Origin: Spirochaetaceae bacterium
Lineage (GTDB): Bacteria; Spirochaetota; Spirochaetia; Treponematales; Breznakiellaceae
Assembly: GCA_031255655.1 (NCBI GenBank)
Contig: JAIRSB010000076.1
Coordinates: 1-32,964 of the forward strand
Length of the DNA: 32,964 nucleotides
Direction of reading: 5' to 3'
Each line of letters starts with the position of its first letter. Position 1 is the stretch's first letter. The translations under genes and the position numbers were made by a program. Shown here piece after piece: positions 1 to 6,361 of this stretch. The notes under the pieces are model-generated. The model was not told the DNA's origin. It searched no databases and saw nothing but the letters and a program-made list of their open reading frames with translations.

Positions 1-1
1 A

Positions 2-196
2 TCGTTAACATTTGATTATGTCATTGAGAATTTGGCGGTCGGAGATTTGGTGTATTTTATATTAGATACCGAAGAAACAGATTTTTATTTAAATGACAAT
101 ATTGTTGTATTGTATTCACTTATTGATAACCGTGTGCCCATGATAGCGGTTAATAATTATTATAATTCACTTCAATTTGCGAAGGGGGCATTGTAA
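2..196 (+). CDS. 3' end of an upstream gene (partial, unknown function)
   Basis: Frame 2 is open from the window edge (SLTFDYVIENLAVGDLVYFILDTEETDFYLNDN...QFAKGAL) to TAA at 194-196. That stop directly abuts the ATG at 197. No family recognised. Confidence 0.35.
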   Translation, partial: SLTFDYVIENLAVGDLVYFILDTEETDFYLNDNIVVLYSLIDNRVPMIAVNNYYNSLQFAKGAL

Positions 197-787
197 ATGA
201 GGCGCGGGTCATACATGAGCGGGAAAGGGCAGTTGCTGATACTGATGGGGGTTCTTTTCTTTTTGGGTGTTATAGCGGGTTTGATTGGCTCTGTTACGCA
301 TGATTCTGCCGTAAAGGATTTGGCTTTATTTGAAACGGGTGAGCGTGTTGTGGGAAAGGTTATATCAGCGCAAAAAGTACATTATACGAATACGAGGACA
401 GATGGTGCAAGCAATAGCCATTACTATGTTTCTCTTGTCGTGAGTTATGAAGCGGATAATGGTGAAAAATACAAAAAAACATTTCGGTCGGTTCCTTTGA
501 AAGAAGAAGGCATAACGAAGGAATTTTTGGACAGTTACATAGGGCGTGACTGGACACTGATAATAGACGGAAAGGGTAAATGTATTGCAGGTGAAATCGA
601 AGATATTTATTTTGAAGATAGAGCTTACGACACCTATGAAGAACATAAAAGAATAGCTAATGGGACAAATATAGCTAAATATATCGGAATCGCTGTGGCA
701 ACCGGCAGCGCAATAACGTTCGGGTTTCTTCTCTTTTTATTGCTGAAAGAGAAGAAAAAGGTATCGAAAGAAAGTCAAGAAAACTGA
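197..787 (+). CDS. small membrane protein with two TM segments, DUF3592-like topology
   Basis: AAGGGGG sits about 8 nt upstream of the ATG. It has an N-terminal TM (LLILMGVLFFLGVIAGLIG), a beta-rich middle (GERVVGKVISAQKVHY...YYVSLVVSYEADNGEKY), and a C-terminal TM followed by a Lys-rich tail. The family call is from memory only. Confidence 0.6.
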   Translation: MRRGSYMSGKGQLLILMGVLFFLGVIAGLIGSVTHDSAVKDLALFETGERVVGKVISAQKVHYTNTRTDGASNSHYYVSLVVSYEADNGEKYKKTFRSVPLKEEGITKEFLDSYIGRDWTLIIDGKGKCIAGEIEDIYFEDRAYDTYEEHKRIANGTNIAKYIGIAVATGSAITFGFLLFLLLKEKKKVSKESQEN

Positions 788-819
788 GGGCTAATACTAT
801 ATACTTTAGGAAATTACAG

Positions 820-1263
820 ATGCAAAAGAAACTGACAAAACGAAATAAAATCATTATTGCCGTTGCGATTAGCATTGTATTGCTCGCTACAGGCATTACT
901 TGTGCTATAGTGTTTTGGCCGAAGTCGCCGAGGACTACGCAAGAATGGCTGGCAGAATTTGGTACGAACTTGGAACAAGCGAGAATGATGACGGATCAAG
1001 ACGGTGACATTGTTCCGACTAATATAGATAGAGAGATTGAAATAAAAGAAAATGGAGTGGTTGTTGCGCTTTATAAGCAGAAGTTGCAGATGACTACGAT
1101 AGACGGAAAGGTGGCTGCATATCTGGTGATTGAGGAAAGCTATCCAACGATAGGAACAACTCAGGACAATGTTCTTGCCGAGTACTATTTTGCAGACGGA
1201 ATTATGCATATAAAAAGCATTTATGGAGAAACAACAAGGAAAACGCAAATTAAGAGTCTTTGA
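820..1263 (+). CDS. N-terminally membrane-anchored hypothetical protein
   Basis: AGGAAA RBS. A basic N-terminus is followed by a TM (IIIAVAISIVLLATGITCAIVF) and a soluble domain of about 110 aa. No family recognised. The region is AT-rich. Confidence 0.55.
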   Translation: MQKKLTKRNKIIIAVAISIVLLATGITCAIVFWPKSPRTTQEWLAEFGTNLEQARMMTDQDGDIVPTNIDREIEIKENGVVVALYKQKLQMTTIDGKVAAYLVIEESYPTIGTTQDNVLAEYYFADGIMHIKSIYGETTRKTQIKSL

Positions 1264-1473
1264 AGCTTTTGCGGGCATCAGGGCTCAAGTGACTGCAAAG
1301 CGTATAGAAAAGACCTTGATCAATGGCTTACAGTTTTAGCGTCGTTAGGCTATCACAATGAAAAATGTATGGTTTTAAATGCCCTTGACTTTGGAATCCC
1401 GCAAGATCGGCAAAGAGCGTTTATTTTCAGCCATTTGAGAACTTCTCTTAATGTTGAAAAATTTATTAGATAG
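1264..1473 (+). pseudogene. relic of a C5 cytosine DNA methyltransferase (internal fragment only)
   Basis: It translates to ...DLDQWLTVLASLGYHNEKCMVLNALDFGIPQDRQRAFIF..., which matches the Dcm-type stretch up to motif VIII (NA-x-D-x-G-x-PQ-x-R-x-R-x-F). There is no start codon, motifs I-VI and IX-X are absent, and the frame ends at TAG 1471-1473 right at the IS relic. Confidence 0.6.
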
Positions 1474-1904
1474 TGTCTACATGAGATTTTAAGCGAGCAC
1501 ATTAGCCCAAATAGCGATACAGCGAATTTGGATAGCAGCAAGGAATGAAGTAGCGTTCTTTGCGTAGCGGGTCGCAATACCGCGCCGGCGTTTCAGATAT
1601 AGAAAGGCATTTTCCACCAAATGGCGCAATTTATATAAATATTCATCGTATTTACGCTGTATTTTGCGGTTTTTCCTTGGCGGTATCACGATTTCCATTC
1701 CCATATTTTTTTCTGATTCTATCAATTTGTAGCTGTCGTAGGCACGGTCTGCCAATAGATACGTAGCATCAATTCCTTCAATCAGCTTTTCTCAATACTT
1801 GACATCATGCACCGTTCATGCCGAAAGAAATATACTTAACTGCATTCGGTGCGCATCTACCGCAAGATGCAGCTTTGTGTTTAGCCCCCTTTTGTGCGCG
1901 CCAT
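1474..1904 (-). mobile_element. IS5-family (DDE) transposase relic, N-terminally truncated with in-frame stops
   Basis: The minus-strand translation reads DGAHKRGLNTKLHLAVDAHRMQLSIFLSA*TVHDVKY*EKLIEGIDATYLLADRAYDS...IPPRKNRK...YKLRHLVENAFLYLKRRRGIATRYAKNATSFLA. This is the classic C-terminal catalytic half of an IS5-family transposase. TGA stops lie at complement 1816-1818 and 1792-1794. The N-terminal half is absent. Confidence 0.7.
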
Positions 1905-2046
1905 CTCTTGATTCCAGCCTCAAAAATGCTTGCTTGCAAGGGCATTTTTGCGACGCCGACAAATCGGTAAATACCCCGCAGCTCTGCTGCGGAAAGCGGC
2001 GTAGCCGCGTGTCCAGAGCTTGCTCTGGGGTAAATACCGATTTATT
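1905..2046 (+). repeat. structured ~142 bp repeat, copy A
   Basis: 1921-2046 matches 3456-3581 in direct orientation with 2 mismatches in 126 bp. A weaker upstream extension (CTCT(T)TGATTCCAG) is also shared. It contains an AAAAATGC...GCATTTTT hairpin and 17-nt inverted arms (1961-1977 and 2027-2043, 15 of 17 pairing) that enclose three short GC hairpins. Confidence 0.85.
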
Positions 2047-2082
2047 TCGGAACTAATCATCTATTTTGACAAGGTGATGCAA

Positions 2083-2358
2083 ATGCCGGTTGTTTCCATA
2101 TATCTAAACTGCTCTTGTACTAGACAAGAGTTGGACAGAAATACATGGGCAGTAAGGTGCGAGCTGTTGACAAATCAAGTGTTGGGACAGAAGCCTAACC
2201 GAGAACTTATGCGAAAAATAAAAGCATTTTCAAAAACAAATCAACGACCCAAAGATAACCCTTATGTCGAAGCATTGCACCTACTCAACATATTTTGGTC
2301 GCCGTATAAAGTTGAATACTTTAATAAGCTAGACGCTTATTCTTTACAAGCGCCTTGA
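2083..2358 (+). CDS. hypothetical small protein (weak call)
   Basis: ORF with AAGGTG 6 nt upstream of the ATG at 2083. No recognisable motifs. It lies between decayed elements and may be noncoding. Confidence 0.2.
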   Translation: MPVVSIYLNCSCTRQELDRNTWAVRCELLTNQVLGQKPNRELMRKIKAFSKTNQRPKDNPYVEALHLLNIFWSPYKVEYFNKLDAYSLQAP

Positions 2359-2618
2359 CGACTACACCATCGACGGCTGCGACGGCATCCGCGGGCGCGG
2401 TATGTAGTGGCATGGCATGAGCTTTTGAATGACGCTGCGCTACGGAAAAACTCCCTGGGGGTCCTTCACTTATGTCCCAACAATACCGGGCAGACTATTC
2501 TTTGTCAAGGAACTCGCCGGGGCGTTAGAACCGACATGTAATTAACGAGGAGATTCTATCTGGTGTAACGCAAAAGCTATCCGCTTAGAGTATTGCTGGC
2601 AAGCTGATGTTTTTCTGA

Positions 2619-3428
2619 TTACTTGCTTTGACTTGGGGTGCGGTTGAGAATACTTGTGTATGCGCGATAAAAGGTGACGTAGTCTTTAAATCCGCATTGC
2701 ATTGCGGCGTTATGGGCGGAGGTACCGTTCCTTATCATATTTTCTGCAAGAAGAACACGCTTGTTTCGAATGTAGTGCATAGGACTGATCCCCATGGCGT
2801 TTTTGAATCGGCTGAAGAAGTAAGGTTTGCTTACAAACATGGCATCTGCAACATCGCCGATACTTTCTATTTTTGTTATATTTTTTTCAATATATTGCAG
2901 TGCGTTGCTGATTATGGAATCAATCACGATTGATGCGCTGTTTATTTCGGTTGGGGATTCTGCTTCGATATTCAATAAAAGCTCGTGTATGAGAAATTTG
3001 GATAAGAGAACGAAATCTTCTTCGGCAAATTTTTCGATGTAATGCAAGGTTCGAAAAAAACATTGACTGACAGCGCTGTTCTCTTCAAAATGAAAGATTC
3101 TCCCGTTTTTGAAAATGGATGCGATGCGTGATTCGGGGAAGTCAAGAGCATCAATGAGGAAGGATACGACAAAACGTTCATAATAATCGAATTTTCCCCG
3201 CACTTCGAGAAAGTGATATGTATTTCGCGGTATCAGCACCAAGTCATATGGTTGGAGTGAATATCGTCGGTCTTCTATGACGTAGTCGCAGCAACCGTCT
3301 ACAAAAAATAAAAGTTCATAGGGCGTGTGCATATGCTTGTGAAAGCTATCAATGTGTTCCCATGTTGTTTTTTCATATTTGTATGCATAGGTATCACAAA
3401 TAATTTCTTTCTGTATCGGATCATTCAT
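2619..3428 (-). CDS. AraC-family transcriptional regulator (cupin sensor domain plus C-terminal HTH)
   Basis: AAAGAGGAG RBS lies 7 nt before the ATG at complement 3426-3428. The N-terminal cupin-like region reads HTPYELLFFVDGCCDYVIEDRRYSLQPYDLVLIPRNTYHF. The C-terminal AraC HTH reads SKPYFFSRFKNAMGISPMHYIRNKRV...GFKDYVTFYRAY. It is divergent from the sugar operon. Confidence 0.9.
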   Translation of the reverse strand: MNDPIQKEIICDTYAYKYEKTTWEHIDSFHKHMHTPYELLFFVDGCCDYVIEDRRYSLQPYDLVLIPRNTYHFLEVRGKFDYYERFVVSFLIDALDFPESRIASIFKNGRIFHFEENSAVSQCFFRTLHYIEKFAEEDFVLLSKFLIHELLLNIEAESPTEINSASIVIDSIISNALQYIEKNITKIESIGDVADAMFVSKPYFFSRFKNAMGISPMHYIRNKRVLLAENMIRNGTSAHNAAMQCGFKDYVTFYRAYTSILNRTPSQSK

Positions 3429-3438
3429 GGTAAAACTC

Positions 3439-3581
3439 CTCTTTGATTCCAGGAGCAAAAATGCTTGCTTGCAAGGGCATTTTTGCGACGCCGACAAATC
3501 GGTAAATACCCCGCAGCTCTGCTGCGGAAGGCGGCGTAGTCGCGTGTCCAGAGCTTGCTCTGGGGTAAATACCGATTTATT
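3439..3581 (+). repeat. structured ~143 bp repeat, copy B
   Basis: Second copy of the 1905-2046 element in the same orientation. It lies between the regulator's RBS and its predicted promoter. It accounts for the spurious 55-aa N-terminal extension in ORF 2619..3596. Confidence 0.85.
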
Positions 3582-3607
3582 GTATAGGTTCTCCATTACA
3601 TTATAAT
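3580..3607 (+). promoter_or_regulatory. candidate operon promoter, distal
   Basis: TTGTAT (3580-3585), a 16-nt spacer, then TATAAT (3602-3607). The AT-rich context makes chance matches likely. Confidence 0.3.
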
Positions 3608-3628
3608 ACTAAACGCAATATAACTCAA
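3600..3628 (-). promoter_or_regulatory. candidate sigma70-type promoter for the AraC-family gene
   Basis: The minus strand reads TTGAGT (complement of 3623-3628), a 17-nt spacer, then TATAAT (complement of 3600-3605). Transcription from here would read through repeat copy B before reaching the RBS. Confidence 0.4.
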
Positions 3629-3660
3629 TACTATTTGATATTTATTTCAAAAAAAGTATG

Positions 3661-3669
3661 TGATATAAT
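3661..3669 (+). promoter_or_regulatory. candidate operon promoter, proximal (extended -10)
   Basis: TGATATAAT fits the extended -10 pattern TGnTATAAT and lies about 22 nt upstream of the ATG at 3691. There is no good -35 at 17 nt. Confidence 0.35.
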
Positions 3670-3690
3670 GGCAACGTTGAGAAGGATGCT

Positions 3691-4731
3691 ATGATTCAGA
3701 CGGTAACAGGAAACATCGATAAACAGAATTTAGGGAAGATTTTAAGTCATGAGCATCTTAAAATCGACTTAAGCGCGTTTGTTGGTGCACACAGAAAAAA
3801 TCCTCAACATGATCGCACCCTTGCTTTGGATACCTTGTATCTTGTGAAACGCGACCCTTATGTGCTTGCGGACAACACCGTGATCGAAGCCGATGAGGAC
3901 GTGTTACGGAATGAGCTTGCGTTGTTCCGCGCGGCGGGAGGTGGGACGATTGTGGATTTGACGTTACCGGAAATCGGACGCGATCCCGCCTATTTGAAGG
4001 AGCTTTCGGAAAAAAGTGGCGTGCATATCGTGATGGGCTGCGGGTTTTATCTCGATTCTGTCATTCCCGCCGCGGTGCGCAAGATGAACGAACGAGAGCG
4101 TGCGGCAGTTATGATCCGCGAGATCGAGGACGGGGATGAATGCACGGGCGTGCGCGCCGGGGTAATCGGGGAAATCGGGACAAGCGGCATTGTCACAGAG
4201 GACGAATGGAAAAATGTGCGTGCGGCGGGAATTGCCTCTCTGGAAACGGGTAAGTCGATACATTTGCACACCTCGCTTTATGAGGAAAATGGGCTGGCTT
4301 TGGGTGACGAATTGATCAAAATGGGGGTTGCGCCGCGGAACATCTGTATCGATCATGTCGATGTTGTGCTACGCGGAGCGTATTGTCGGAGGCTGCTCGA
4401 TAAGGGAGTGTTTATCGAATTTGACAATTTTGGAAAGGAATTCTATGCGCCCCGCGGCGCCAATGTGCCGCTTACAGGGCGGTTCGCGTATGACTTAGAG
4501 CGCTGTGAGATGCTGGCAAGTTTGATCCAAAGCGGATACATTGATCAGCTGCTTGTGTCAAATGATATTTGCATAAAGTCGATGCTGACGGCGTACGGCG
4601 GCGCGGGCTACGGACACATCTATGATACCGTTTACGACATGTGTCTTGACTGCGGAATTTCGGAAGAGGATTTCAAAAAATTGACAGAGGACAACCCCGC
4701 AAGTTTTTTGCAAGGCGGAGACGGAGATTGA
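3691..4731 (+). CDS. phosphotriesterase-homology (PHP/PTE family, amidohydrolase superfamily) protein, possible lactonase
   Basis: The N-terminus GKILSHEHL carries the HxH. GVIGEIG has Glu at the bridging-ligand position, as in E. coli Php. HLHTS, IDHVD and VSNDICIK supply the remaining His and Asp ligands. Confidence 0.85.
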   Translation: MIQTVTGNIDKQNLGKILSHEHLKIDLSAFVGAHRKNPQHDRTLALDTLYLVKRDPYVLADNTVIEADEDVLRNELALFRAAGGGTIVDLTLPEIGRDPAYLKELSEKSGVHIVMGCGFYLDSVIPAAVRKMNERERAAVMIREIEDGDECTGVRAGVIGEIGTSGIVTEDEWKNVRAAGIASLETGKSIHLHTSLYEENGLALGDELIKMGVAPRNICIDHVDVVLRGAYCRRLLDKGVFIEFDNFGKEFYAPRGANVPLTGRFAYDLERCEMLASLIQSGYIDQLLVSNDICIKSMLTAYGGAGYGHIYDTVYDMCLDCGISEEDFKKLTEDNPASFLQGGDGD

Positions 4732-4783
4732 ATCAAAGTAGACGAGTACGTCTACACGCATGATTTGGATAGAGGGAGAAAAA

Positions 4784-5977
4784 ATGATGTTACCCAAAAT
4801 TACCGGCACAGAATTTACAAAAAGACGGGATCGGCTTGTAGAGCGTATGCACGAGCGTGCGATCGATATGGCGGTACTTTTTTCCAACCTTTTGGATCCG
4901 TCTGCGGTTCGGTACTTTAGTGATTTTTCCGCTGTAAACGAAAGCGCGGCGATGGTGATCCTGCCGGACAAGAAAACAACGCTTTGCTCAGGGCAGGCAT
5001 CGTATGATTACGCGCTTGTAAAAAATCGTTTATCGGAGAGCGAGATTAAGGTTTTCCCAGAGATTGGCGAGGTGTCTGGATTCGAGTACGATTTTGCGGG
5101 TCAGCTGAATTTTAAAACCTTTTTTAAAGATATTCAAACGGGATATAACGTGAAGCGGATCGGTATCGCGGGACGATTAACGTTTCCGGCGATTATATTT
5201 AACGCGTTGAAAGAGATTTTTCCCCAAGCTGAGATTGTGGATATAGACGGGGACATCTATGCGTTTCGCATGATAAAGTCGGAGGAGGAAATTGCGTGCA
5301 TGGATAAAAGCGCGCAGATTATCTCCGATGTATTTTTTGAGTGCATGCCGCAAACAAAAGCGGGCATGACCGAGCTTGAGATACAAGCGCTGTTGGAGGC
5401 ATCTATGCTGACCAAGGGCGCGGAGAGTTACGTGCAGGCATTTGCGCCGATGGTGGCAAGCGGGCCGGAAAATTCTTACATCAGTATGTGCCGAAACACA
5501 CTGCGCCACATCCAAGAAAGTGAAATCATCAGTATCGCCGCCGGCTCATGCTATGAGGGGTATAACGGAATCATATGCACGCCGCATATTTTGGGCAAGA
5601 TTCCCAAGGTGATAAGGGATGCGGTTATGTGCGCTTTTGATGCTCTGGAAGCAGCTTCGGCAAAAATGAAGCCCGGCGCAGGCGCGGCAGACATTTTGAA
5701 TACTTACACAGCATATTTGGAAAAATACGGGTATATTGAATTTTGTCCGTACGGCAGTCTGCACAGCACTGGACTTTTGGAATGCGAAGCGCCTGTATTT
5801 TCCGTGGAAAACAACAGGGAGATACGGGAAAATATGACGATGTGCATTGACGCATATTTTAAGGGAATGACGTGGGGGTCGTTTCGTATCGAGGATTGTT
5901 ATGTAATCGAAAAAAGCGGGGCGCGCCAAATGACGTCCTATAACAAAAAAGTGCTCCCGAAAGTATTCGGGTTTTAG
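4784..5977 (+). CDS. M24-fold (creatinase/prolidase-like) protein with non-canonical metal site
   Basis: AGGGAG RBS lies 6 nt before the ATG at 4784 (the ORF track starts at 4760). It has a creatinase-type N-domain followed by a pita-bread domain. See findings for the ligand substitutions. Confidence 0.8.
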   Translation: MMLPKITGTEFTKRRDRLVERMHERAIDMAVLFSNLLDPSAVRYFSDFSAVNESAAMVILPDKKTTLCSGQASYDYALVKNRLSESEIKVFPEIGEVSGFEYDFAGQLNFKTFFKDIQTGYNVKRIGIAGRLTFPAIIFNALKEIFPQAEIVDIDGDIYAFRMIKSEEEIACMDKSAQIISDVFFECMPQTKAGMTELEIQALLEASMLTKGAESYVQAFAPMVASGPENSYISMCRNTLRHIQESEIISIAAGSCYEGYNGIICTPHILGKIPKVIRDAVMCAFDALEAASAKMKPGAGAADILNTYTAYLEKYGYIEFCPYGSLHSTGLLECEAPVFSVENNREIRENMTMCIDAYFKGMTWGSFRIEDCYVIEKSGARQMTSYNKKVLPKVFGF

Positions 5978-5986
5978 AGGGACGTT

Positions 5987-6361
5987 ATGAAAAACGGACG
6001 CAAAAATTGGTACATAGTGGACGGCTGGATTCCCGCTAAAAATGCAGTCGCAAACAGTGGGTATGAGGGACATGAGGCGCTAATCATTTTGAATTGTAAT
6101 GATAAGCCGACCGAGTGTTTTTTAGATTTTTACTTTGAGGACAGGGAACCGGTGGAGAATATATCCGTTACGATTCCCGCAAAACGCGTCAAATGCTTCC
6201 GCCTTGACAAAAAAGAGGAGATCGGCGGCGTAGAGCTTGGAAGGCTTTGTCAGTATTCGCTTCGGGTGCGCTCCGCGGCCGCGGTGGTGGTACAGTTCGG
6301 GCGCATGGATGTCACGCAGGAAAACTGTGCGTACATAGGGTTAATGGGATATGGTGAATAA
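5987..6361 (+). CDS. ASRT-family (sensory rhodopsin transducer-like, PF07100-type) small beta protein
   Basis: It is 124 aa. WYIVDGWIP...GHEALIILN...FLDFYFEDREP...VTIPAKRVKCFRL...VVVQFGRMD...ENCAY matches my recollection of the Anabaena ASRT / Thermotoga TM1070 family in length and motif order. Confidence 0.65.
   Translation: MKNGRKNWYIVDGWIPAKNAVANSGYEGHEALIILNCNDKPTECFLDFYFEDREPVENISVTIPAKRVKCFRLDKKEEIGGVELGRLCQYSLRVRSAAAVVVQFGRMDVTQENCAYIGLMGYGE

Noticed and set aside
1792-1818. UGA recoding (selenocysteine or an alternative genetic code) in this genome.
   Set aside because: Many confidently called genes in the window terminate at TGA, no SECIS-like hairpin follows either codon, and the transposase is truncated anyway. 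I kept it only as a low-interest note on the origin of the IS.
1961-2043. The cloverleaf-like fold of the repeat core as a tRNA or tRNA-like gene.
   Set aside because: The closing stem is 17 bp rather than 7. The hairpin loops are 2-4 nt, with no anticodon-sized loop, and there are no T-loop or D-loop consensus sequences.
1799-2056. 85-aa + strand ORF across the IS relic and repeat copy A.
   Set aside because: It is antisense to recognisable transposase sequence and then reads through the repeat. The product is Cys/Ser/Arg-rich with no motif and no RBS.
3429-3596. 55-aa N-terminal extension of the AraC-family protein (ORF 2619..3596).
   Set aside because: The extension is encoded entirely by repeat copy B. 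A strong RBS (AAAGAGGAG) precedes the internal ATG at complement 3426-3428, and the cupin domain starts there.
3605-3633. Direct repeat AATACTA at 3605-3611 and 3627-3633 (22-bp spacing) as an AraC-family operator.
   Set aside because: A 7-bp match in a very AT-rich intergenic region cannot be told apart from chance. It also overlaps the candidate -10 and -35 hexamers.
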